From Escherichia coli (lineage in GTDB: Bacteria; Pseudomonadota; Gammaproteobacteria; Enterobacterales; Enterobacteriaceae): a stretch of 64,000 bases of DNA. Both the position numbers and the translations under genes were made by a program. Each line of letters starts with the position of its first letter. The first letter of the stretch is position 1. The notes under the pieces were generated by a model. That model did not search any database and was not told where the DNA came from. It saw only the letters and a program-made list of their open reading frames with translations. The stretch lies in assembly GCF_024700885.2 (NCBI RefSeq), contig NZ_CP117016.1. One strand, written 5' to 3'. Shown in pieces: positions 25,829 through 35,675 of this stretch.

Positions 25829-25845
25829 GATAATGATTATCAAAT
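25829..25845 (-). promoter_or_regulatory. Fur box in the mntH promoter
   Basis: GATAATGATTATCAAAT closely matches the Fur consensus GATAATGATAATCATTATC. Confidence 0.5.
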
Positions 25846-26114
25846 TCATTTAAATGGGTTGTGGTGATTTCTCTGATAGACCAGGATTATGACTACGAAA
25901 AGATTGATGACTTGAATGTTATGGTTATGTTTAATGTTAGCACATTTACATAACTTTCAGCTTTCATACACAACATAGCAGAAATGTATGACAGCTCACT
26001 ATTTTTGAAGCTTGTCACAGGACGTCATTATAGTGTGTGTCAGATCTCGTTTTCCTTAACCATGTTACATAGAATGTGCACGGAAATTTAACCTGCCTCA
26101 TATTTGGAGCAAAT

Positions 26115-27317
26115 ATGGACCGCGTCCTTCATTTTGTACTGGCACTTGCCGTTGTTGCGATTCTCGCACTGCTGGTAAGCAGCGACCGCAAAAAAATTCG
26201 TATCCGTTATGTTATTCAACTGCTTGTTATCGAAGTGTTACTGGCGTGGTTCTTCCTGAACTCCGACGTTGGTTTAGGCTTCGTGAAAGGCTTCTCCGAA
26301 ATGTTCGAAAAACTGCTCGGATTTGCCAACGAAGGGACTAACTTCGTCTTTGGTAGCATGAATGATCAAGGCCTGGCATTCTTCTTCCTGAAAGTGCTGT
26401 GCCCAATCGTCTTTATCTCTGCATTGATCGGTATTCTCCAGCACATTCGCGTGTTGCCGGTGATTATCCGCGCAATTGGTTTCCTGCTCTCCAAAGTCAA
26501 CGGCATGGGCAAACTGGAATCCTTTAACGCCGTCAGCTCCCTGATTCTTGGTCAGTCTGAAAACTTTATTGCCTATAAAGATATCCTTGGCAAAATCTCC
26601 CGTAACCGTATGTACACCATGGCAGCAACGGCGATGTCCACCGTGTCGATGTCCATCGTTGGTGCATACATGACCATGCTGGAACCGAAATACGTCGTTG
26701 CAGCGCTGGTACTGAACATGTTCAGCACCTTTATCGTGCTGTCGCTGATCAACCCTTACCGTGTTGATGCCAGCGAAGAGAACATTCAGATGTCCAACCT
26801 GCACGAAGGTCAGAGCTTCTTCGAAATGCTGGGTGAATACATTCTGGCAGGTTTCAAAGTTGCCATTATCGTTGCCGCAATGCTGATCGGCTTTATCGCC
26901 CTGATCGCCGCGCTGAACGCACTGTTTGCTACCGTGACTGGCTGGTTTGGCTACAGCATCTCCTTCCAGGGCATCCTGGGCTACATCTTCTATCCGATTG
27001 CATGGGTGATGGGTGTTCCTTCCAGTGAAGCACTGCAAGTGGGCAGTATCATGGCGACCAAACTGGTTTCCAACGAGTTCGTTGCGATGATGGATCTGCA
27101 GAAAATTGCTTCCACGCTCTCTCCGCGTGCTGAAGGCATCATCTCTGTGTTCCTGGTTTCCTTCGCTAACTTCTCTTCAATCGGGATTATCGCAGGTGCA
27201 GTTAAAGGCCTGAATGAAGAGCAAGGTAACGTGGTTTCTCGCTTCGGTCTGAAACTGGTTTACGGCTCTACCCTGGTGAGTGTGCTGTCTGCGTCAATCG
27301 CAGCACTGGTGCTGTAA
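26115..27317 (+). CDS. nupC: Nucleoside:H+ symporter (CNT family)
   Basis: [36 protein letters not shown] at 26115 gives the expected 400 aa (six-frame ORF starts at 26076). Confidence 0.85.
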
Positions 27318-27327
27318 AACCATACAT

Positions 27328-27358
27328 AAAAAAGCCGGGGATCATTCCCCGGCTTTTT
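27328..27358. terminator. Bidirectional rho-independent terminator between convergent nupC and yfeA/pdeA
   Basis: aaaaaa-GCCGGGGA-tcat-TCCCCGGC-tttttt. Confidence 0.65.
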
Positions 27359-27366
27359 TACGCCTG

Positions 27367-29556
27367 TTAATCAGCTAATGGCTGCGGGCGACCAATCAAA
27401 TACCCTTGCAGATATTGCACCCCGAGCTTATGCAATAGCGCCTGCTGCTGTTGCGTCTCGACAAACTCCGCGACCACACTCAATGACTTCGCTTTCGCCA
27501 GATCGGTAATTGATCTCACAATCATCGCATCCAGCGTATTCGTGACGATATCTTTCACAAAGACACCATCAATTTTGATGATATCAGCCTGCAAACGCTT
27601 TAACCGTTCGTAGTTGGCATAGCCGGTGCCAAAGTCATCAATCGCAATCCGGAAGCCAAACTTATGCAGTTGCTCGATGTTGTACATGCTGCTTTCTGCG
27701 TTAGAAAACGCCTGCTCCTCGGTGATCTCAAGAATGACCGCCTGCGGGGAGATGTGATAACGCTTAAACAGACGAATAATCCGCCCGGCAATATTCTTTT
27801 GCAGCAGCGTGAGCGGCATTAAATTGACTGAAAAGCGCGGACCTTTTTTGTCGCAAGGGTGTGTTGCCAGCCACTTCAACAAGGATTCCAGCACTTGCAA
27901 ATCAAAACGCGCGCTAAGGTTAAACTGAGCAATAAGGGGCAGAAACTTATCCGGGGTCATAATGCCGCCGTCATATTTCAGTCGCGCGAGGATTTCATCA
28001 TAACCTTCACCCTCTTTGTTGCGAATTGGCTGGGCGTAGAGCAGCAAATCCCCCTGATCTAACGCCGTGCGAATGGTATTCAGCAATAGCACCTGTTTAG
28101 TGGTCTGCCCGGAAACCATCTCCTCTCTGCTATCCAGCGCCAGCACATGATGATGTGCACAGGATTGCTCCGCCAGCCAGCTTAACTGCCCCAACAAGGG
28201 TTGCAGGGTTTCCTGATTTCCATCAAAACGCCCCCAGGCAGCACCATAGCCCATATCCAGCCCGGTATTGTTCCAGTGAATTTGCCGACTATTCAGGATG
28301 TTAACCATATGCTGGAGTCGCCCTTCCGTTTCCGGCCCGCTCAGCACTAACAGCAGTTCACTACCCGGCAATTGATACAACTTTTCGTTTTCCTGCATCA
28401 ACGGCAGCAGCGTACGGTAAATTGATCGGATACAGTGAACGCGCATCATTAAGCCGTAATGACGACTCATAAACTCAAGATTATCAATGCGCAGGCAGCA
28501 AAAACTCTTGCCCGCCTCTTGCTCCGGCGCTTGTTCTAACGCACGAAAGTTGGGTAGGAGCGTTAACGGATCGGTCAGCGCCTGCAAATGCCAGCGGCGA
28601 TTAAGCCATTCACTGCGATGATAAATGCGCACCATATAGAGCAGGCAAACGCTAAAGGAAATCAGCACCGCGAGAATAAATGCCAGCGAATATTCGGTTT
28701 CCACCCCTTGCAAAAAGTTCTGGTTGTAATTCAGAAGGCAAAGCGTTGAAACAGCCCAGGTGAGATTTAAAAACGGATAGCGGAGCTTACCGACCCCGAG
28801 GGTAAAGATAATGAAGAAAACGGGCACCAGGTAACCGGCAATAAAGTCATTTTCATACGGTGTGCACAGCAGAAGTAGCAGCACGCTTAACGCTGCCAGC
28901 CAGCTTAAGGTAAATGCGCGTTTCTCTTTGCCCAACGACGGAGCGATATCCCTGCGCCACAATATCTGCGCAAAGTGGGGACTTACAATCATGCGAGTGA
29001 GATAGTAGAAAAGCATGTTGTAAATCAGCACAGCGGTGAAAAGGCTTAGTAAATCAACGACTGTGAAAATGGCATCCGCATCGCCGAAAAAGGTGGATAT
29101 CTTTAGCGGGAAATCAAAAAAGCTCCCCACAAGATACATGCTGCATTTGATGCCGATCGGCGTCACCAAACCAAGCCAGAAAAGACGTTGCCAGACATAT
29201 CGGCTGGTCAATCCATAACGCCAACGCGTCCCCAGCTGCCAGCGTAATATTGCGCAGGCACACAACACCACAAACGTCTGGCTGCCGAGCATGACCGCGG
29301 TCTGTAAAAAAGAGAGATGAAAGTTCCACAGATTGGTGCAAAACATCCCGCATAAAACGGGAACGACACCGCGCCAGCCAAAGATAAACAAGATTGACAG
29401 CATTACGCACAGTGGCATCCACGCCAGAAAGATATAACTGGAATGGATAATGGCAAGTGGCGAAATAAAACGGGATAGCTGAATAAGTACCACGGTGAGC
29501 GTAAACGCTAGTGTGAATATCTTGATATTTTTTATCAGGTTATGCTCCACAAACAT
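27367..29556 (-). CDS. pdeA: Membrane-anchored c-di-GMP phosphodiesterase (EAL domain with degenerate GGDEF)
   Basis: Multi-TM N-terminus, C-terminal EAL motifs; internal ATG at 29556 gives the expected 729 aa (six-frame ORF extends to 29616); also known as yfeA. Confidence 0.8.
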   Translation of the reverse strand: MFVEHNLIKNIKIFTLAFTLTVVLIQLSRFISPLAIIHSSYIFLAWMPLCVMLSILFIFGWRGVVPVLCGMFCTNLWNFHLSFLQTAVMLGSQTFVVLCACAILRWQLGTRWRYGLTSRYVWQRLFWLGLVTPIGIKCSMYLVGSFFDFPLKISTFFGDADAIFTVVDLLSLFTAVLIYNMLFYYLTRMIVSPHFAQILWRRDIAPSLGKEKRAFTLSWLAALSVLLLLLCTPYENDFIAGYLVPVFFIIFTLGVGKLRYPFLNLTWAVSTLCLLNYNQNFLQGVETEYSLAFILAVLISFSVCLLYMVRIYHRSEWLNRRWHLQALTDPLTLLPNFRALEQAPEQEAGKSFCCLRIDNLEFMSRHYGLMMRVHCIRSIYRTLLPLMQENEKLYQLPGSELLLVLSGPETEGRLQHMVNILNSRQIHWNNTGLDMGYGAAWGRFDGNQETLQPLLGQLSWLAEQSCAHHHVLALDSREEMVSGQTTKQVLLLNTIRTALDQGDLLLYAQPIRNKEGEGYDEILARLKYDGGIMTPDKFLPLIAQFNLSARFDLQVLESLLKWLATHPCDKKGPRFSVNLMPLTLLQKNIAGRIIRLFKRYHISPQAVILEITEEQAFSNAESSMYNIEQLHKFGFRIAIDDFGTGYANYERLKRLQADIIKIDGVFVKDIVTNTLDAMIVRSITDLAKAKSLSVVAEFVETQQQQALLHKLGVQYLQGYLIGRPQPLAD

Positions 29557-29763
29557 GAGTACACTACTCTCACTGATCGGGGTTTTCAGGCACACAAATA
29601 ATAAGTTTATTCGCATCGCGAAGCAAACAGGGGCCAGCCTGTTGCCGATTTTTCATCCAATGATGCTTTCACCAGGCGGCGCTAACCCGGACGTAGACTG
29701 TATTACAAAAGCGGCAAAAAGCAGAGACAAAAAACCCCCGCTTTACAGCGAGGGTTTGAAATT

Positions 29764-29839
<76 letters not shown>

Positions 29840-29878
29840 ACGATGCGTTTACGTACCAAATTTGCTGGGTGCAAAATT

Positions 29879-29954
<76 letters not shown>

Positions 29955-29986
29955 GTCACGTAAAGCTTGACGAGTTGACGGGCGGC

Positions 29987-30015
29987 ATCATATGAATTCC
30001 GCCCGAATGTGTCAA
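29987..30015 (-). promoter_or_regulatory. Putative sigma-70 promoter of the alaW-alaX tRNA operon
   Basis: On the minus strand TTGACA-17 nt-TATGAT followed by a GC-rich discriminator (gccgccc), about 30 nt upstream of the mature tRNA 5' end. Confidence 0.45.
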
Positions 30016-30174
30016 CGGCAAATTGCAACGTGTAGTTTCAATCGCTGAAAAATCAGGCAAATGAACAATTTTGGAAAACCGCTCGCATTCAGTAGTTATT
30101 CATGTCACGGTTTCCTGTAAAGTGGTGTTATAAAATGAACGACTAATAGACCCACATACATTCAGGGAATTGTT

Positions 30175-30534
30175 ATGTTCAAGGAGAGGATGACACCAGA
30201 TGAACTTGCCAGACTGACCGGCTATAGCCGCCAGACCATTAATAAATGGGTACGCAAGGAAGGCTGGACAACGTCACCAAAACCTGGCGTCCAGGGTGGC
30301 AAAGCCCGACTGGTTCACGTCAATGAACAGGTTCGTGAATATATTCGCAATGCTGAACGTCCAGAAGGTCAGGGAGAAGCGCCTGCCCTGTCTAGTGATG
30401 CGCCGCTTGAAGTGTTGCTGGTGACACTGGCGAAAGAGATGACGCCAGTTGAACAAAAACAGTTTACATCCTTGCTTCTGCGGGAAGGGATTATCGGATT
30501 ATTACAACGCTTAGGGATTCGCGATAGCAAATAA
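30175..30534 (+). CDS. yfeC: Small putative DNA-binding protein
   Basis: 119-aa ORF (start may be the internal MTPDELARL); paralogous to the next ORF (shared ELA..G....QTINKW/RWIREKGW and GG(K/R)ARL motifs). Confidence 0.7.
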   Translation: MFKERMTPDELARLTGYSRQTINKWVRKEGWTTSPKPGVQGGKARLVHVNEQVREYIRNAERPEGQGEAPALSSDAPLEVLLVTLAKEMTPVEQKQFTSLLLREGIIGLLQRLGIRDSK

Positions 30535-30535
30535 T

Positions 30536-30928
30536 ATGAAAAGATTACGCAATAAAATGACCACCGAAGAACTGGCTGAATGCCTCGGTGTGGCTAAACA
30601 AACTGTTAACCGTTGGATCAGAGAAAAAGGCTGGAAAACGGAAAAATTTCCTGGCGTGAAAGGCGGTCGTGCCAGACTTATTCTGGTCGATACGCAAGTT
30701 TGCGAGTTTATTCAGAACACGCCTGCGTTCCATAACACACCAATGTTGATGGAAGCTGAAGAGAGAATTGCTGAATACGCTCCTGGAGCACGCGCCCCGG
30801 CGTATCGACAAATCATCAGCGCAATAGACAACATGACTCACAGTGAGCAGGAAAAAGTTGCGCAATTTTTGTCACGCGAAGGAATTCGCAATTTCCTCGC
30901 CCGTCTCGATATTGACGAATCAGCATAA
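30536..30928 (+). CDS. yfeD: Small putative DNA-binding protein, paralogue of YfeC
   Basis: 130-aa ORF MKRLRNKMTTEELAECLGVAKQTVNRWIREKGWKTEKFPGVKGGRARL. Confidence 0.7.
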   Translation: MKRLRNKMTTEELAECLGVAKQTVNRWIREKGWKTEKFPGVKGGRARLILVDTQVCEFIQNTPAFHNTPMLMEAEERIAEYAPGARAPAYRQIISAIDNMTHSEQEKVAQFLSREGIRNFLARLDIDESA

Positions 30929-30978
30929 ATAAAAAACGGCAGGGGTATCTCTCCTGCCGTTTATCTTTTATGCGCTAA

Positions 30979-32394
30979 TTACTGCTGATTTTCGCGTTCA
31001 GCAATAAAAGCCAGCGCTTTGTTGATACGCTCGATACTGCGGGTCTTACCAATTGCGTGAACGGTAACATCCAGTGCTGGAGACTGCCCCGCACCGGTTA
31101 CGGCGACACGCAGCGGCATACCAACTTTACCCATACCCACTTCCAGCTCATCCGCCGTCGCCTGAATAGCGTGATGAACGTTTTCAGCGGTCCAGTCAGT
31201 AATCGCAGTCAGTTTGTCACGAACCACTTCCAGCGGCTGACGCGCAACCGGACGCAGATGTTTTTTCGCGGCGTCGGCATCGAACTCAGTAAAATCTTCG
31301 TAGAAATAGCGGCAGCTCTGTGCCATCTCTTTCAGCGTCTTGCAGCGTTCACCCAGTAGTTTCACCAGATCAGCCAGCTGCGGGCCGTTACGGGTATCGA
31401 TATTTTCCTGCTCAATGTGCCACTGTAAGTGAGTAGCAACATACTCCGGCGGCAGCGCGTTAATGTAGTGATGGTTCAGCCACAGCAGCTTGTCGGTGTT
31501 GAACGCACTGGCAGATTTGCTGACGGCATTCAGAGTGAAGTATTTGATCATCTCTTCACGAGTGAAGATTTCCTGATCGCCGTGGGACCAGCCCAGACGC
31601 ACCAGATAGTTCAGCAGTGCTTCGGGCAAATAACCGTCATCACGATACTGCATTACGCTGACCGCCCCGTGACGTTTGGACAGTTTTTTACCGTCATCGC
31701 CGTTGATCATAGAAACGTGCGCGTAAACCGGTACCGGCGCTTTCAGGGCTTTAAGAATGTTGATCTGGCGTGGCGTGTTGTTGATATGGTCTTCGCCACG
31801 GATAACATGGGTGATTTCCATATCCCAGTCGTCAACCACCACACAGAAGTTATAGGTTGGGGAACCATCGGTACGGCGAATGATCAGATCATCCAGCTCC
31901 TGGTTGCTGAACTCGATCGGGCCACGGATCTGATCGTCAAAAACAACAGAACCTTCCTGCGGGTTAGCAAAACGTACAACGCACGGTTCATCATCAGCAT
32001 GATGCTCATGGCTGTGGCGGCAGCGACCGTCATAACGCGGCTTCTCACCTTTCGCCATTTGCTCTTCGCGCAGCGCTTCCAGGCGCTCTTTAGAGCAATA
32101 GCATTTATAAGCAGTGCCCTCTTCCAGCATCTGATCGATCACCGCGTTGTAGCGATCAAAACGTTTGGTCTGGTAGTACGGACCTTCATCCCACTCCAGG
32201 CTCAGCCAGTTCATGCCATCCATAATGGCTTCGATAGCTTCCGGCGTGGAACGCTCAAGATCGGTGTCTTCAATACGCAGCACGAACTCACCGCCGTGGT
32301 TACGTGCAAAAAGCCAGGAGTAAAGAGCAGTACGCGCGCCGCCAACGTGCAGATAGCCTGTTGGGCTTGGCGCGAAGCGAGTTTTGATTTTCAT
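30979..32394 (-). CDS. gltX: Glutamyl-tRNA synthetase
   Basis: 471-aa [34 protein letters not shown] with HVGG (HIGH-type) and KLSKR (KMSKS-type) class I motifs. Confidence 0.9.
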   Translation of the reverse strand: MKIKTRFAPSPTGYLHVGGARTALYSWLFARNHGGEFVLRIEDTDLERSTPEAIEAIMDGMNWLSLEWDEGPYYQTKRFDRYNAVIDQMLEEGTAYKCYCSKERLEALREEQMAKGEKPRYDGRCRHSHEHHADDEPCVVRFANPQEGSVVFDDQIRGPIEFSNQELDDLIIRRTDGSPTYNFCVVVDDWDMEITHVIRGEDHINNTPRQINILKALKAPVPVYAHVSMINGDDGKKLSKRHGAVSVMQYRDDGYLPEALLNYLVRLGWSHGDQEIFTREEMIKYFTLNAVSKSASAFNTDKLLWLNHHYINALPPEYVATHLQWHIEQENIDTRNGPQLADLVKLLGERCKTLKEMAQSCRYFYEDFTEFDADAAKKHLRPVARQPLEVVRDKLTAITDWTAENVHHAIQATADELEVGMGKVGMPLRVAVTGAGQSPALDVTVHAIGKTRSIERINKALAFIAERENQQ

Positions 32395-32607
32395 GAAATG
32401 GCCTTACGTTTAGAAAGATGCCGACAACCGGCAAATCCTGGAAAAATTGAGTGGGCGATATTCTATCACTCCCGCCTGATTCCTCAATGTAGTTCGGGTT
32501 GCAACCTTACGCATTATTGTTTTCGTTGACAAATTGCGCAACACGGTCTGTTTTGCGATCATCTTGCTTAAATTTACGACGAACGAACAATTTCTTTAGA
32601 AAATGCG

Positions 32608-32635
32608 TTGACTCATTTTGAACTCTCCCTATAAT
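32608..32635 (+). promoter_or_regulatory. Putative sigma-70 promoter of the valU-valX-valY-lysV tRNA operon
   Basis: TTGACT (32608-32613), 16-nt spacer, TATAAT (32630-32635), GC-rich discriminator, about 17 nt upstream of the first tRNA. Confidence 0.55.
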
Positions 32636-32652
32636 GCGACTCCACACAGCGG

Positions 32653-32728
32653 GGGTGATTAGCTCAGCTGGGAGAGCACCTCCCTTACAAGGAGGGGGTC
32701 GGCGGTTCGATCCCGTCATCACCCACCA
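32653..32728 (+). tRNA. valU: tRNA-Val (anticodon TAC)
   Basis: GGGTGATTAGCTCAGCTGGGAGAGCACCTCCCTTACAAGGAGGGGGTCGGCGGTTCGATCCCGTCATCACCCACCA. Confidence 0.9.
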
Positions 32729-32772
32729 ACTACTTTATGTAGTCTCCGCCGTGTAGCAAGAAATTGAGAAGT

Positions 32773-32848
32773 GGGTGATTAGCTCAGCTGGGAGAGCACC
32801 TCCCTTACAAGGAGGGGGTCGGCGGTTCGATCCCGTCATCACCCACCA
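32773..32848 (+). tRNA. valX: tRNA-Val (anticodon TAC)
   Basis: Identical 76-nt copy. Confidence 0.9.
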
Positions 32849-32894
32849 CTTTCTCGCCAGCTAAATTTCTTGTAAAAATGTGAAGTACCGAAGT

Positions 32895-32970
32895 GGGTGA
32901 TTAGCTCAGCTGGGAGAGCACCTCCCTTACAAGGAGGGGGTCGGCGGTTCGATCCCGTCATCACCCACCA
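32895..32970 (+). tRNA. valY: tRNA-Val (anticodon TAC)
   Basis: Identical 76-nt copy. Confidence 0.9.
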
Positions 32971-32974
32971 CTTC

Positions 32975-33050
32975 GGGTCGTTAGCTCAGTTGGTAGAGCA
33001 GTTGACTTTTAATCAATTGGTCGCAGGTTCGAATCCTGCACGACCCACCA
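32975..33050 (+). tRNA. lysV: tRNA-Lys (anticodon TTT)
   Basis: GGGTCGTTAGCTCAGTTGGTAGAGCAGTTGACTTTTAATCAATTGGTCGCAGGTTCGAATCCTGCACGACCCACCA, 4 bp after valY. Confidence 0.9.
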
Positions 33051-33054
33051 ATGT

Positions 33055-33081
33055 AAAAAAGCGCCCTAAAGGCGCTTTTTT
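33055..33081 (+). terminator. Rho-independent terminator of the tRNA operon
   Basis: aaaaaa-GCGCC-ctaaa-GGCGC-tttttt. Confidence 0.7.
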
Positions 33082-33082
33082 G

Positions 33083-33206
33083 CTATCTGCGATACTCAAA
33101 GATTCGAACCTGCAGCAGGTTCGAGTTGAGCGCAGCGAAACAACGGAGCCGCTCGCGGCGACGGCCCGAAGGGCGAGCGAAGCGAGTCATCCTGCACGAC
33201 CCACCA
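33083..33206. repeat. Scrambled tRNA-Lys-derived fragments ending in a second copy of the tRNA 3' end
   Basis: gattcgaacctgc (33101-33113) is the reverse complement of the lysV T-arm; gcaggttcga (33115-33124) is a direct T-arm fragment; atcctgcacgacccacca (33189-33206) duplicates lysV 33033-33050. Confidence 0.6.
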
Positions 33207-33213
33207 ACAATGT

Positions 33214-33240
33214 AAAAAAGCGCCCTAAAGGCGCTTTTTT
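33214..33240 (+). terminator. Second, duplicated copy of the tRNA-operon terminator
   Basis: Same aaaaaa-GCGCC-ctaaa-GGCGC-tttttt hairpin following the duplicated tRNA 3' end. Confidence 0.6.
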
Positions 33241-33273
33241 ACTATATGCGGTTTGTAAGATTGATTTTTCTTC

Positions 33274-33300
33274 TCAAGTTCCTTGTTCTTCTGCCGATAT
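33274..33300 (+). promoter_or_regulatory. Candidate sigma-28 (FliA) promoter upstream of the FlxA-like ORF
   Basis: TCAAGTTC-N11-GCCGATAT against the sigma-28 consensus TAAAGTTT-N11-GCCGATAA; about 30 nt upstream of the ATG. Confidence 0.45.
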
Positions 33301-33328
33301 TACCTCGTACAGTGACGAGGACTGAACA

Positions 33329-33670
33329 ATGGCCACTATCTCTTCAACTTCAATTCCTTCCATACAAACACAGAGTAGTAACAGGGCATCAGAAGGTAGC
33401 GATGTTGCTTCACAAATTGCGCGGATAAGTCAGCAAATCATCAAACTCACTCAACAAATTAAAGAGATTGCAGACACTAGCGGCAGTGCTGAAGACAAGC
33501 AAAAACAGGCCGAATTGATTCAGCAGCAAATCACCCTACTGGAAACACAACTGGCGCAGTTGCAGAGACAGCAGGCAGAAAAAGCGCAGGAGAAAGAGCA
33601 GCGTTTGTCTCTGAATGCATCCCTTCCAAATCCTGTTGAAAAAACGACTCATATCGATATCTATATCTGA
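33329..33670 (+). CDS. FlxA-like small coiled-coil protein (Gln/Glu-rich, conserved ...THIDIYI C-terminus)
   Basis: 113-aa ORF with SD GAGGA 7 nt upstream; heptad-like Q/L/E repeats ([29 protein letters not shown]); resemblance to FlxA is from memory, not alignment. Confidence 0.45.
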   Translation: MATISSTSIPSIQTQSSNRASEGSDVASQIARISQQIIKLTQQIKEIADTSGSAEDKQKQAELIQQQITLLETQLAQLQRQQAEKAQEKEQRLSLNASLPNPVEKTTHIDIYI

Positions 33671-34587
33671 TACAGCGGATCCCCTTCCCGCCCAGCCATT
33701 AGCGCACGGCCCTGGTCTCGTACCACGTCCCATAACGCTTCAGCGGCGGTGGAAAGTGAACGGTTCTTCCTGCGCACCAGCATCAACTGGCGTTCAACCA
33801 CCGGCGTAATGCGCTTTACCACCAGTGGGCTACCTTCAGGCAATGGTAGCGCCAGTGCGGGAAGAATACTGATGCCGATGCCTGCGGCTACCATCGGGAA
33901 CAGCGTCGCCGGATGTCCAATCTCCTGCACAATATTCACCTGAATACCATTGCGCGCCAGCGCTGCGTCAATCAGCGGTCGGCTGCCTGACGCGTAATCC
34001 TGCAACACCAATTTCGCTCCCTGTAATGCCTGCCAGGGTACATAATCTTCCACGGCCAAAGCGCTATCGCGATGGCAAAGCAGAAAGAAAGGCTCGGAAA
34101 GAATCGCTTCACATTGCAGATCGCCCACTGGGCCTGGATCGATGACGATGCCAAAGTCGACATCTCCCTGACGAATACTTTCCATCACCCACTGCTGCGG
34201 ACGATCGTGCAGGACAAACTGAATATCTGGATAGCGGCGATGGCTTTCAGCAATGCATTGCGGAATAAGATGCGCGGAAATGGTCTGGCTGGCAGCGACC
34301 CGAACTTTTCCGCTCAGTTGTTGCCCCATACGCCCGGTATCGCGCAACGTGCTGTTAAGTTCATCCAGCAGTCGCTCAAGACGCAAAGCCAACTGCTGCC
34401 CTGCATCTGTAAGCACCACTTCACGCGTGGTTCTGTCCAGCAGGCGAACACCAGTATGATTTTCCAGCTCCTTCACACTGTGACTTACTGCCGACTGGCT
34501 CAGGCCGATACGCTCTCCTGCACGACTAAAACTTTTCTCCTGCGCTACTGTGACGAAAACCTTTAATTGTTTTAAAGAATAATTCAT
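33661..34587 (-). CDS. yfeR: LysR-family transcriptional regulator
   Basis: 308-aa ORF with N-terminal LysR HTH ([38 protein letters not shown]); divergent from yfeH. Confidence 0.8.
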   Translation of the reverse strand: MNYSLKQLKVFVTVAQEKSFSRAGERIGLSQSAVSHSVKELENHTGVRLLDRTTREVVLTDAGQQLALRLERLLDELNSTLRDTGRMGQQLSGKVRVAASQTISAHLIPQCIAESHRRYPDIQFVLHDRPQQWVMESIRQGDVDFGIVIDPGPVGDLQCEAILSEPFFLLCHRDSALAVEDYVPWQALQGAKLVLQDYASGSRPLIDAALARNGIQVNIVQEIGHPATLFPMVAAGIGISILPALALPLPEGSPLVVKRITPVVERQLMLVRRKNRSLSTAAEALWDVVRDQGRALMAGREGDPLYQI

Positions 34588-34676
34588 CTGTTTTCTTCAT
34601 GAATGGATGCAATAAATCAATTTTATTTCTCAAACTGGAAGAAGCACAATAGAACCATCGATCATCTGGAGTCTTT

Positions 34677-35675
34677 ATGAAACTTTTTCGTATCCTCGAT
34701 CCTTTCACCTTAACCCTGATCACGGTGGTGTTGCTGGCCTCTTTCTTTCCGGCCAGAGGCGATTTCGTCCCCTTCTTTGAAAATCTGACCACCGCAGCGA
34801 TTGCCCTGCTGTTTTTTATGCACGGCGCGAAGTTGTCGCGTGAGGCGATTATTGCTGGCGGTGGTCACTGGCGACTGCATTTGTGGGTAATGTGCAGCAC
34901 TTTCGTGCTGTTTCCGATTCTGGGTGTACTGTTTGCCTGGTGGAAACCGGTAAATGTCGACCCGATGCTCTACTCCGGTTTTCTCTACTTGTGCATTCTC
35001 CCGGCTACCGTGCAGTCTGCAATCGCCTTTACTTCAATGGCGGGCGGTAACGTCGCGGCAGCAGTTTGTTCTGCGTCAGCATCCAGCCTGTTGGGGATTT
35101 TCCTTTCACCATTGCTGGTTGGTCTGGTGATGAATGTTCACGGTGCGGGAGGCAGCCTTGAGCAGGTCGGTAAAATTATGCTGCAATTGCTGCTGCCGTT
35201 TGTATTGGGGCATCTTTCCCGGCCGTGGATTGGTGACTGGGTGTCGCGCAATAAAAAATGGATTGCGAAAACTGACCAGACGTCCATTCTGTTGGTGGTT
35301 TATACAGCGTTCAGCGAAGCCGTCGTTAATGGTATCTGGCATAAAGTTGGCTGGGGATCATTGCTGTTTATCGTGGTGGTCAGCTGCGTTCTTCTGGCTA
35401 TCGTGATTGTAGTTAACGTCTTTATGGCACGCCGACTGGGCTTCAATAAGGCAGATGAAATTACTATCGTCTTTTGTGGTTCGAAAAAGAGTCTGGCAAA
35501 TGGCATCCCGATGGCAAACATTCTTTTCCCCACATCGGTGATCGGTATGATGGTGCTGCCTCTGATGATTTTCCATCAGATCCAATTGATGGTCTGTGCG
35601 GTGCTGGCGCGTCGATACAAACACCAGACCGAACAGTTACAGGCGCAGCAGGAAAGCCGCGCCAATAAAGCTTAA
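34677..35675 (+). CDS. yfeH: Bile acid:sodium symporter (BASS) family membrane protein
   Basis: 332-aa polytopic membrane ORF. Confidence 0.8.
   Translation: MKLFRILDPFTLTLITVVLLASFFPARGDFVPFFENLTTAAIALLFFMHGAKLSREAIIAGGGHWRLHLWVMCSTFVLFPILGVLFAWWKPVNVDPMLYSGFLYLCILPATVQSAIAFTSMAGGNVAAAVCSASASSLLGIFLSPLLVGLVMNVHGAGGSLEQVGKIMLQLLLPFVLGHLSRPWIGDWVSRNKKWIAKTDQTSILLVVYTAFSEAVVNGIWHKVGWGSLLFIVVVSCVLLAIVIVVNVFMARRLGFNKADEITIVFCGSKKSLANGIPMANILFPTSVIGMMVLPLMIFHQIQLMVCAVLARRYKHQTEQLQAQQESRANKA

Noticed and set aside
26274-27038. 254-aa His/Cys/Asp-rich ORF antisense to nupC
   Set aside because: Looks metal-binding at first glance, but lies entirely inside nupC on the opposite strand and is explained by antisense reading.
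31429-32529. 366-aa ORF antisense to gltX
   Set aside because: Shadow ORF inside a highly conserved essential gene; no recognisable domain or start context.
33083-33206. Possible fifth tRNA gene after lysV
   Set aside because: Only T-arm and acceptor 3'-end fragments are present; no D-arm or anticodon arm, so this is a tRNA-derived remnant, not a functional tRNA.
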